Below are positions 11,150 to 21,848 of a stretch of DNA of 64,000 nucleotides, in pieces (the first letter of the stretch is position 1; each line of letters opens with the position of its first letter). The notes beneath the pieces are model-generated. The model was not told the DNA's origin. It did no database searches and saw nothing but the letters and a program-made list of their open reading frames with translations. The translations under genes were made by a program, and so were the position numbers. The DNA comes from Podarcis liolepis (taxonomy: Eukaryota): NCBI GenBank assembly GCA_965112155.1, contig OZ218107.1; one strand, given 5' to 3'.

Positions 11150-12740
11150 CTGCGTATTTCTGCGTTCGGGCCCCTAGGACTTTTAGTCTCCACATCAGCA
11201 CAAGTATCATATAAATGCCTCCGGGCGTTTTTTCACACCGTGCGTGCCTCCCTCGATCCAATATAACGATCGCACTGCGGAGGAGTTCCGCCGTTGCAGA
11301 AATAAACAAAACTCTGTTATGGATGATTCGGGAGGCACCTTCTTTTTTAAAAAAGGAAGCCCCGCGTCGTGACACAAGCAGCTCCTCAGCAGAACTGTTG
11401 CCTTCCGACGGGAGGAGAAGTTGGGCGGGCAGGGAGGCGTCGGGAGGGCGGCCCCCCCCCGGTGAATCAGCTCCTGTGGGTGGCGCATTCTCCAGGGGGC
11501 GCCAGGACTGCAGCCTGCCTGCCTGCCGATGCCATTTAAAAAGTGCTCCAGCCCCGAGCGCGCCGGGTTCCTCGCCTCCTCGAGTTTGAGGAGCGGAAAT
11601 GGCCAGCGCGGGAGAAGCGCTTTGTTCTTTGGCGGCGGCGGCGCGGCGGTTCGCGTGAGGCGCTACAGGCCTCTCTGGCGGGAGGGCAGGAGACGGAGAA
11701 GCGAGCGAGGCGGGGAGGCGCGCCGGCCCTGAGGCGAAGGGTGTGCGAGCCAGAGCGCGGCGGGGCTTCTTCCCTCATCTTCTTCCGCGAGCGCCCTCGG
11801 CCCCCTTGACGCGCCCGGCTGGGGTGGAGGCACCGCGTTCAAAAGCAGCGCGAGCCCAGCAGCTTCCCTCAGTGGCTGCGGGGGACGCCCGGGCGTCGTC
11901 GGAGAAAAGGCTCCCGGGACCCCGAAGGCTCCTCTCCTTGCCCGGGTCTTGCGGGAACTTTGTTCCGGCGGCGCCGCCGGGAGGATGCTGGAGGGCGGCT
12001 GCAAAGCCGTGAAGGAGGGCGTGCTGGAGAAGCGGAGCGACGGCTTGCTGCAGCTGTGGAAGAAGAAGCGCTGCATCCTCACCGAGGAAGGGCTCCTGCT
12101 CATCCCGCCCAAGCAGCCGGAGCTGGCGGCGGCGGCGGCGGCTCCTGCTCCGCCGCCTGCTGCTCCTCTCCCCGGCCTGGAGACGACGACGACGAGCGCG
12201 GCGCCCTCCGTGGTGGCCAAGATCAAGGAGCTGCCCTTCTCCACCATGAAGACGGTGGACTGCGTGGAGCGCAAAGGCAAGTACGTGTACTTCACGGTCG
12301 TGATGGCCGAGGGCAAAGAGATCGACTTTCGGTGCCCGCAGGAGCAGGGCTGGAACGCCGAGATCACGCTGCAGCTGGTGCAGTACAAGAACCGCCAGGC
12401 CATCCTGGCCGTCAAGTCCACGCGGCAGAAGCAGCAGCACCTCGTCCAGCAGCACGGGCCGCGCCTGCGGAGCGCCTCCAACTCCGCCTAGCCGGGCCCC
12501 GGCCAGGGCAGGTAGGAGCCAGGCGGGGAGAGGGCAGCTCTCCTGCCGCCGATCGCCCCGCTCCCCTTTGCAGCCCTTCCCCAGCGCCTCTCTGGAAGAA
12601 GCCTTCCAGACGGATTCCCTAACAATCACCTCTCTCGGCTGTCTTAGTTTTGCCCGGCGAAAAGTGCCGTGTGGGTGGCAAACTCGTGTTGCTTCCCTGA
12701 AGCGCGCGTCTGGATGGGCAGCCCGCTTCACGCGCGCGAT
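11150..12740 (+). promoter_or_regulatory. PHLDA1: CpG island covering the PHLDA1 promoter and first exon
   Basis: Abrupt switch to GC- and CpG-rich sequence; GC boxes, ETS-like CGGAAA (~11595), TGACG half-CRE (11807) and TATA-like TTCAAAAG (11838-11845). Confidence 0.85.
11985..12491 (+). CDS. PHLDA1: Pleckstrin homology-like domain family A member 1 (TDAG51), 168 aa, single coding exon
   Basis: ATG at 11985 (gggaggATGc); [44 protein letters not shown]...[69 protein letters not shown]...SNSA is the PHLDA1 split PH domain and C-terminus; position next to NAP1L1 distinguishes it from PHLDA2/3. Confidence 0.96.
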   Translation: MLEGGCKAVKEGVLEKRSDGLLQLWKKKRCILTEEGLLLIPPKQPELAAAAAAPAPPPAAPLPGLETTTTSAAPSVVAKIKELPFSTMKTVDCVERKGKYVYFTVVMAEGKEIDFRCPQEQGWNAEITLQLVQYKNRQAILAVKSTRQKQQHLVQQHGPRLRSASNSA

Positions 12741-13761
12741 GTTTTGCTTGGAATCATAGAGTTGGAAGGGACCCTGAGGATCATCTAGTCCAATGATAAA
12801 ATAATAATAATTTATTCTTTATACCCTGCTCATCTGGCTGGGTCCCCCCCCCCACTCTGCACTGCAGGAATATGCAGCTGCCCCATGCATTGGGGTCGAA
12901 ATTGCAACCTTGGCGGTTATCAGCACCAGCCTGTAACCGGCTGAGCTGCCCGCTGAGAGAAGTTGGGCATGAGGCTCAAGCATGAAAAACACGCGCAGAT
13001 GCTCTCCTGTGGTTCGTGCACGTGTGTGTGTTGCATTAGCTGTTTGTATAAAAGAGAGAGTCACTGGGTGACTTTCTTTCCTTTCCCTGCACTGAAATTC
13101 TCTTCTGTAATTAAGAGTAAGGCTTGAAGCGCTTGATCGGATCCCTCTAGCAACCCTAGAGCATGTTGTTTGTCTTGCTCGCTGGACTAATAGCCTCAGT
13201 GGACAGCTCTTCCGGCCCTTCTCAAACAGCATGTGCTTGCAGTGTGCTGTGGCATGATGGATTATTGTGCAGCTGCTAGATCAAGCCTGGCCCAAGTGCT
13301 TTGCCACTGGAGACAGAGCAAGAAATGCCCTCCTCCGCAAGTCAAGGTGAAGAGCACCCAAAGTCAATCAGGTGAATTTGCAACCATGATTGCTGTGCTT
13401 TAGCGAACACCAAAAAAATAAAATAAAAAAATAATAATAAAAATCCCTACCCGTATCTGCAAATCATTCAGTTCACATGCCATGCTTCTCCTTCCAAGCA
13501 ATGGGGCTGAGAACAGTTAGTGACCCTTTGCATGTAACTGTAAAAGGAATTGGGGTGGGGGTGGTTAGAGCTAGCGTCTTCCTGGTGCTGAAGCCTAGTT
13601 ATGGAAATAGCTGCCAGAGCCTCAGGTTGTTGCCTCTTGCAAGGACACTTTGCAAGAGACCCTGTTGTTTGTATTGGCGCTGTTTTAGGTAGGAAGTGTT
13701 CTGTGGCTGTAAAAGAAGAATGCTGCTCAGTTATTCAGATCACTGTCCTGTGTTGTTATAG
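12512..13761 (+). other. PHLDA1: PHLDA1 3'UTR intron (donor firm, acceptor inferred)
   Basis: CAG|gtagga donor 20 nt after the stop; best acceptor tgtcctgtgttgttatag at 13761 (alternative tgttttag at 13688). Mammalian PHLDA1 has the same two-exon layout. Confidence 0.6.
12751..12950 (-). mobile_element. tRNA/CR1-tail SINE interrupted by a short L2 3'-end fragment (~12794-12856)
   Basis: gaatcatagagttggaagggaccctgaggatcatctagtccaa, then the insert ataataataatttattctttataccctgctcatctggctggg, then ctgcactgcaggaatatgcagctg; the insert matches the L2 tails at 50363 and 52250. Confidence 0.75.
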
Positions 13762-15802
13762 ATGGAATTCAAGCAATGCTTCTGGAAGCAAGGTGGACCC
13801 TCTCCATCGATCACAACCTTGGCAAACAAAGGGACTGCAGACACAAGGGAGAGCATCAGTTCTGCTGCTGGAGTCTTTCCACTTTTGATACTGCCCATGA
13901 TTACTGCGGGGAAGCGTTTTAACTCTTGTAACTTTGACTACTGCTTATGAAGATATGAAAGGATTATTTGGCCTGCCGGGCCTCAAAAAATATAAGATTG
14001 TTGCTGCCATATTCCACCCCCCCAATCTGTTTTCTTTTTTATGTTAATTTATTAATGGATACTTTTGCAAGGTATTTCTGAATGTAGGCCATTTAGAAAG
14101 GAATCACACACAGAGTATAGTTGCATTGGCTATATTGCTACACTTGAAGGGAGGAGGAAGGCAGAGGAGAGAAGGTGATGTTGGTGAAATGAAGAGATGT
14201 ACCAGAATATGGACTTTACAACTAGTCCCCCCCCCCACGTCACTTTTTACATCCGTTTTCCGTTGCCACAAGTGAGAGACTATTATGAAACAAATGTGTG
14301 AAAGATGTCCTGGAATAAGGAAAGCAATGACTTGGAACCTGATTTCTAGGTTGCTTTAATGTTTATTATATGTTCATTTGGAGAGTATTATATTTTGTAT
14401 CCAGTAGTAAATGCATTTGGGTATGCCACTTGTATGTATTCCTGCTTCGTGAAGAGGCTAAGGAAATCTGACTTCATGATCAAGGATAATCGATTTAAAA
14501 ATACAATCATGCTATGCTCTTGTTTATTCAGATAATAGAACCATGCAGAGAACTGTTCATTGCACTTCTTTGTTTAAGTTTGGGACCCTGTCTGTAATGT
14601 TTCTCAGAGCTGTTACTTGATTCTGTTCAAATCATTCTAAAACATCTTCAAATGCTACACTAATCATCCCATCCAGTAAATGTCTTACTGTTTAACTGAG
14701 GAACTTTCCCAGAATTCCTGTAATTGAGTTCCCTAGATGAACCTCAGCGCAACATTTTCCATTGCCCCCTGCCATAGCCTCTAAGAACATAGGACATTTC
14801 AGTCAGGGAGCAGCACTTATTTAAAAAAACAAAAAACTAAGCAAAGATTCTGCTTTTGTTGTTTGTTTCTATTTACAGTCTTAATATGGAAAAAGTAAGG
14901 CTTCTAATAACATTGTTTCTTTTCAAAAGTTATTTTTAAATTGGTTCATTCAGTTACAAGGAGCCTAACGTAGTTAATTGGATAAGGGAAGGCCTTGGGT
15001 TTTGCAAGCATGTGTTGAACTTAAATCCAAACTTAACCAGTCCTGCATCAGGAGAAGACATTGTTGGGCACCTGCTGATACTGAAAGCATAGCTTCTCCT
15101 CTTTGCTGTTAACACCTGTTTACCTGAGCATGCAAGCGCTCTAGGTAGATATGTGGACTGGGCAAGTGAATAGATTGCAGCAACAACCATTGAAGTCATT
15201 CAGGGAGGGACCTTATGAAGCATGCCTTGCCCAAAGGCTTCCCAAAAGCCAACCCTTTATAAAGGGTACCTTGTGGTTCCTTTTATCCAAGTTAGTCTAA
15301 GTCTGCCAACAACAAATAATGAGAACTTACTCTGCCCCCATTAACAACAGATTAGTACTGCAGAGCACACTCTGTTAAGAATGCAGGCCTATACATAGTA
15401 ATTCAGATAAGTTATGAATGGCCTGTCTTAGGTTTGGTGATACCCAGTGTTCGTCATACCCTGAGTAGACCTATTGAAATCAACAGGCTTAAGTCTATTG
15501 ATTTCAGTGGGTCTAATCTTCATGTCTGTTGACAGTATTCCTGGCTTCCTTCCTCAACCTTATCTTAATAGTGTTTAAATGTTTGTAAAATAAATTACCC
15601 CGAAACACCAGTGGTTTCAGAAACAGGACTTAACATGATTAGTTTTGCCACTCTCCTTTTCCCACCCAAATCATTGAGAGCCTCTCTCCGTGTCTACCTC
15701 CACTTCCACTGTTTAATGTTATGGAATGGGGAATTGGACCAAAATATTAAATTCCATGCTCAATTTCTTGAGGTTAACTGATGTTGTCATAACTTCTCAA
15801 TA

Positions 15803-16026
15803 CAGTGGTACCTCTGGTTACAAACTTAATTCGTTCCGGAGGTCCGTTTTTAACCTGAAACTGTTCTTAACCTGAGTATCACTTTAGCTAATAGTGCCTC
15901 CTGCTGCTGCCACGCCGCCACCGCACAATTTTGTTCTCATCCTGAGGTAAAGTTCTTAACCTGAGGTACTACTTCTGGGTTAGCGGAGTCTGTAACTCGA
16001 GGTGTTTGTAACCCGAGGTACCACTG
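15803..16026. mobile_element. Tc1/mariner (Tigger/pogo-like) MITE
   Basis: Terminal inverted repeats (TIRs) CAGTGGTACCTC...GAGGTACCACTG; TA TSD on both sides. Confidence 0.9.
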
Positions 16027-16132
16027 TATACTGTGTTTTTTTAAAAAATGGTGGCAGAAGTCTTCAGTCATGCCAACTTTTGCTATTTTTCACAATGTAT
16101 TGGAAAACTTTGATGCTAGCTAAGCCTTGTAA

Positions 16133-16321
16133 GCTCCGGCAGGAAGGTAAATAGCATTTCTGTGCGCTGCTCTGGTTTGCCAGAAGCGGCTTAGTCATGC
16201 TGGCCACATGACCCGGAAGCTGTACTCTGGCTCCCTCGGCCAATAAAGCGAGATGAGCACCACAACCCCAGAGTTGTCCGTGACTGGACCTAACTGTCAG
16301 GAGTCCCTTTACCTTTACCTT
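16133..16321 (+). mobile_element. Sauria SINE, 5'-truncated
   Basis: 3' half of the SINE with (ACCTTT)n tail; perfect 12-bp TSD taagccttgtaa (16121-16132 / 16322-16333). Confidence 0.9.
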
Positions 16322-18901
16322 TAAGCCTTGTAATGGTGGATTCAGCTGATGCTACTGCCTTTAATGCATGACTGACTAGACTAAAGGCCCACAGACATTA
16401 CCCCCAGTCACCTCAGAACAAATTGTAGGAAAAATATGAGAAGTGTGAAGGAATCATGCTTATTCTGTGATATGAGGAGTAAACATCTTCACTTTTTGTG
16501 GCCTCCTGTTGGGCGTATCTTAAGGACAAACTTCCTTCCCATCCCAAGTTCATTTTTTTTGTACTGAGAATATGTGACTTGTATGATCAAGTTGGCTGTG
16601 GCTTTGTGCTTCTTTAGGATTGCTTTATTTTGCATTACCTTTAAGACTTAGAAGAAATATCAACAGGAATTGCTCCGCTGCGTCTCTGTTGCTAAGAAAT
16701 GTCTTTGCAGTGTATAAAACAGAGGTCATTCCTAGACTGTTTGAGACTATGACAGAGGGCAACAACTTTAGGGATGTCTCCAACTATGCTTTACTCAGAA
16801 CACACCCATTTTAATTAATGAACCTCAATAATATTACAAGTTTCATGAGGAAAGGACAAATTTTACCAAGGAAATTCAGGGTATAGTTACTTAGTAATAA
16901 TGGATGGTTTTGCACATGTGCTTTTTTGAGCTTCTCCTCCCTCTGTGTGATGTTCTGCATGATGCAGAGACCCCACAAACGGAGCCTGTTACAGTGGCTT
17001 CACTACCAGCCTGTCTCCAAATAAGGTCCCAGTGAAAAGTTTTACATTAGTGTTGCAAATTAATGGTGGTGGTGGGGGAGTAACAGGTAGGCCACCTGTG
17101 ATTCTCCTCGGATGAAGATAGAACTTTAATAAAACAAACAAATTTCCGCGTCATGGTAAACCTATGAACTGCAGAGGTTTTTCGTACTTCGCTCCTTCCT
17201 GAACAAAGGCAGGAGCAACCAACCACGGTCCCTGACTTAGAATTACATTGGAACTAGGGATCAGGGCTTCTTTCATGCCAAACAAACTACAGTATGAAGC
17301 CACAATTTCGTATTGGCTTACTAATTGTGGTTTGTTTGAGCAAAACAAAACAAAATCACCGGCTTGGATTTATCACAAAGTCAGGGGTCATGGTTTGTTT
17401 ACTCATCCTAGGGGAGGAGTGAAGCTGGAGCAATCTCCACATTCATTATAAACTTTATAATGATGTGCAAACTGGACATTTGTTTCTCAGTAGGAGATGC
17501 CTGTTTTCAGTTTTCAGAAGAAAGGAAATCACCCCTGTGGTTTTTCTGTTACATTTTGGAAGTAAAAAACTCCCCACCCTTTTCTTTTTTAGTTCATTGT
17601 TTTCAATTACTGGCTTTTGCAAAGTAGCTGCAGTGATGTACCAAATGTTTTCTGGCACATTGTGAGCTGAAACAAGTGTTATCAAACAAAATATGTGTAA
17701 ATATGATGCAAATGATTTCTGAGAGATGTGATTTATTTTTCAATATGCATTCCATTTCAAATAAAGAAATATTCATTGAAATGTTCCCTTGATATGGTAT
17801 GAAAAGACTACATCTTCAAAGGAAGATGGAAACAAAATTTCTGGACATAATCAATAGACTGCTGTAAAGCTTACATCTGTGGAATATCATTTTCATTGAT
17901 TCAACCATTTTGAGATCACGACATAGAAGGTAGCTTGTTTTTAAAGAAAATCTATAATTGGTTTTCATTAGAGAGAGGCCTCCTTAGAGAGAGGCTAGGT
18001 GACAAAAAACTAATAATTACAGTGGATCTTTTCAAGAAGGGTTTTCCCCCTTTATGACTCACTTGAATGCAAGGTGTATCAATAACACTCTGCTCAACAG
18101 GACAACCTTCATCTGTAGCATCTGTTCCTTTCCTCCTTCACAGCATGGTCCTTTTGGAGAAAATTGTGCTTGCCACAGGCTATAAGCTTTGCTTTCAGGT
18201 TGACTTTTTAATATTTCCATTTTACAAAAGAGTAATAGAGGCTGGGAGGTAGCGATTGCACAAGACCACCCAACAGGTTCATGATTGAGCCAGAATTTGA
18301 TGCCATATTTCCAAAGGTCCAGGCTGAATATGATGTTCATATAAAAAGAGGGAATTTGGTAGTTCACTAAAGTATGTGTTATTATGTGACTAGGAGCCGT
18401 CACATCACAAGTTAGCTCATTTCCAGTAAGGAGGGAGGGGAAGACACTGAAAATACTGTATGTTTTGAAACAAGGCCTTGTCTGTCCATGCATGGCAATT
18501 TTCAGCACTCTAGCGCCTGGCATGCATTCAGCCAGCATCAAAACATTGTGACCTCCCTATTACCCAAGGGAATTGCAAAAGGAATTGCTTAGTCATCATC
18601 ACACAGCAGTTCTGCAAATCAGTGGGAGGAATACATCATAGTCGTCTTGGATGACTGAATGGTGACTCTGGAAAGGTTTCTTTTTCCTTTGCTGAAAACA
18701 AGTCCCTAATCCATTCTATAAACGTTGGTTTCTTTTCTGATAACAGTAAGGCAGATGACATTATTTCGAAACATGCCACCCCTTTTCTATTAAAGAGAGA
18801 GAGAGAAGTCTCACTCAAACTCTCTTTGGTTCATTCTTCTCCGTGTTGCTCTCCTTTACCTTCAGCTTGACTGAAGACAATGTGTACTTACGTTAAAGGA
18901 G

Positions 18902-19304
18902 TGACAGGGGTCTGTTTAACCTGGCCCATCCATCTCCACTTTTGTGGAGATCACACAGGGTCCCCAGACGTTTGACCGTCTATTGACCCTGTGCCACCAC
19001 TGTGATTGCTTCCCCGCTGCCACCAACCCGTTTCTCTCGGGTACACATGGAGTCCAGACAGTTGTTAACATTAACAAATAATCAAGTTTATTTTATAGGC
19101 ATGAACAAGTTTATGGTTTCAGTTAATTTTTCTTGGCAGTTTCTTAATCTTAGTTCCTTTACTGTCCTATACGTTCCTAACAACTTCAAACTGATTATCC
19201 CAACTATCTATCTGACTCCACCTAACAGTTCCTCTCACTCTCTCACAACACAACTCGACCAACCCACAGACTTATATTCTCCCTCTGTGGTTTTGTATCT
19301 GTCA
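18902..19304 (-). mobile_element. Candidate solo or partial LTR
   Basis: TGACAG...CTGTCA termini, flanks ggag/ggtg; on the minus strand a TATA-like (gaatataag, ~19275) lies upstream of AATAAA (~19087-19092). Confidence 0.45.
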
Positions 19305-19504
19305 GGTGGAGATATGTAGTAGAAGGAACTGCTGAAGTGGTCAAACCGTTTCTCACCTGGCTGGAGGACACCTCATCCTAGAGCCTCAGGGCCTAGTCTG
19401 GGCTAGTCTTGCCTGGAGCTGGGAAAACTTTCTCTCTGCTAGCTCCAAAGCTTTGGGGGCCTCCCTAGAAACCACGGGCTACTTGCACTCCACTGCTGAG
19501 AAGG

Positions 19505-19760
19505 CTGCATTGGTTACCAATCTGTTTTTGGGCCAACTCTGAGGTTTTCAAGTTAGTTCCCTAAACAACTTGGACTCCAAGTACCTTAAGGACTGCCTGA
19601 ATCCTTATGCTCCCCACCCCTTAGTTGCTAAGATCTTTAGATGGAGCAATTTCAGTGGTCCCAAATGCCCCTGAAGGTTCAGCTGGACTTTACAAAGGAT
19701 TGAGCCTTTACTGTGGCAAACGCTGCTCAGTTTTAGGCATTTTCTAAAAGTCACATTATT
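19505..19760 (+). mobile_element. Degraded L2 LINE ORF2 C-terminal fragment
   Basis: ctgcattggttaccaatc encodes LHWLPI and tccaagtaccttaaggactgcctg encodes SKYLKDCL, typical of the L2 ORF2 end; a similar remnant lies at ~22590-22830. Confidence 0.6.
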
Positions 19761-21194
19761 CACAAACCTTTCACACGTGAGGTTTTTGACGTCAAGTTCT
19801 TATTGGTGTGTTCGATGTTTTGGTTGTTAATACTTTGTTTTTAGCCTGTATACTTACAGTATCCATGAAAGTACAGTTTGTAAATATTTAAATAAAGACA
19901 CTTATGAGAAGAAGTATGTAATAATTTCCAAGCAATCTTCTGAATTACGATGCATTTTTGGGAACAGATTGGTGCTTCCTTTCCTGAACTAAGGTTTATC
20001 ATAATGCAGTGCACTGTACACCATTAATTGTATCATGAAAGACAAGCTAACGTGCATTTCCCACAGTCTAAATTACTTGCAGAGAGTCAAGAAATGTTTC
20101 TAATTCTATTCTGGGCCCAACAGTAAAAAGTCAAAGATAAGTTTGCTTGGAAATGTTTAGATCAAGGACTCATTGCTGCGATTGTGCTAAAAATTGGAGG
20201 CTTTGATATCTTTGGGAAATGTAAACTCAGTACAAGTTTTCGAGCTTCCCAGTACTGCCCTTTAGCCAGCATTTATTCCTCCCCCCCGCTTCAGTTTTCT
20301 TTCAATTTTTGCTGAGTTTTCTGTGTTCTTGCATTTCAACATGTTTATCTTCATGCCAGAAGCTACTACACTTACTTAATTTCTGGCTGTCACACAGCTA
20401 ATAAAAGCACTTTGGTAAAAGGGGAGGGGGGAATTGCAATGCTGTTTTTAAGGTCTCTGATGAGTTTATTCAACGAATGCACTTCAGCAAGCCATTTGGT
20501 CCCTTTGCATGTATTATGTCAATTACATGCCTATGCACATGCCAAACAGAGAGAAGAATGGGATGTATATTGGTCTTGCAGCAGTCCATGTGCTAACTCC
20601 ACATTGCCCCAAACTTCATTTCAGCCAAGGCCATTTCAAGTCATCTGAGAAGCTGTTGTGCAGATGACCCCTTAAGGTCATGTGGCAGCACCTACTTTCT
20701 CATTAGCACAATGTTGCATTTGTCATATTTACAAACGGTTCCATAAAAAGATTGTGCGAAATGTGCTTCACAGGACTGTTATGGGAAGCAAAAGGCAAAC
20801 TTAAGAAGTTGTTCACTCGCAGTTAAGGAATGTAAAAGGTCCCTAGGGTGTAGGATGACCTTTACGTTCTGCCAGAAGACTGGTAAGACATATGCTTTCA
20901 TTTAAAATAAATGTGTATCTTGCTCTTTCCCCTATGAAAATAAGAGCAAAATGGTGAAAAACTGCCCGAGAGCCTTTGCCACACAGCAATATCCAATTTG
21001 AAGAAGATTTTCATGTGAACATTTTTCTGCTGGTTTCTCCGTAATAAGTTGTTCCTAAATGCATTTTGAGGTTTTATTGTATCTTCATCATGTACATTTT
21101 ACTTTTGATCTCCTTGTCTTATGAAGGAAAATGTGTAGTTGCCAAGGTAATGTGACATTATGGGCCTCAGAAAAGACAATGCCCTACTGCGTGC

Positions 21195-21468
21195 CAGGGT
21201 CATAGCTAGGGGGTGGTGAGGTGGGCCCCCACCAGGGGCACAGGCGATGGAGGGGTGCAAAATCGGCTAAAAATATATCCATAAATATAAATATTGATTA
21301 CTGCCTCATAAGAAATGGTTTTCAATAGAGGGTGAATTGAATGGGTGGAAGGGCGGGGGGGGAGGGATGTTGGAGGGGAGGCAGGAAGAAGAGCTAATTA
21401 GTCCGTGGCTAGGGGGTGCAATCCGGAAAGTTCTGCCAAGGGCGCAAGATCACCTAGCTACGGCTCTG
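21195..21468. mobile_element. hAT-type MITE
   Basis: TIRs CAGGGTCATAGCTAGG / CCTAGCTACGGCTCTG; 8-bp TSD ctgcgtgc / ctacatgc (two transitions). Confidence 0.75.
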
Positions 21469-21802
21469 CTACATGCTATGATACTGCAAACAATACCTTC
21501 ATGTGACAAAGGGACTTGTCTCACCTCTGAACAGAGTAACATTTTCATACAGGGAGTCCTACTTGTCATTTTCATCTTGCCTTTATACAAGACCTTTGAA
21601 AACTGAATTGTCAACACAACTGTGCTTAGGCTATGCCCATAGATAGACTACTGTATATTATTGTCCAGCATTACCGTCACTTTGCTTGAGGTTGGGAAAT
21701 ATGGAGGAGGGGTTTTGAATTGCTTATTTTGCAACTCTTCCAAGAGCAATTATTTCACGTACAGCTAAAAGCTTTGAAAATAATTAAAACTCCGCTGCAA
21801 GT

Positions 21803-21805
<3 letters not shown>

Positions 21806-21843
<38 letters not shown>
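21806..21843. repeat. (GA)n microsatellite
   Basis: About 19 perfect GA units. Confidence 0.97.

Positions 21844-21848
<5 letters not shown>

Larger units (their letters stand above)
13762..17785 (+). other. PHLDA1: PHLDA1 exon 2 / 3'UTR (inferred)
   Basis: AU-rich sequence with ATTTA motifs; segment atttctgaatgtaggccattt (~14094-14114) resembles the mammalian UTR as I recall it; candidate signals AGTAAA 14675-14680 (proximal) and AATAAA 17760-17765 (distal). Confidence 0.55.

Noticed and set aside
11949-11984. ORF-track start for PHLDA1 (MRELCSGG...)
   Set aside because: It begins at a TTG; the ATG at 11985 matches the conserved MLE start.
11663-12731. Long antisense and alternative-frame ORFs over PHLDA1 (272, 318 and 220 aa)
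   Set aside because: Shadow frames of a GC-rich, stop-poor CDS and CpG island; low-complexity Arg/Ala/Gly content with no domain signature.
13158-13182. Possible p53 response element in the PHLDA1 intron (gagcatgttg..tgtcttgctc)
   Set aside because: Several mismatches to RRRCWWGYYY plus a spacer; not distinguishable from chance.
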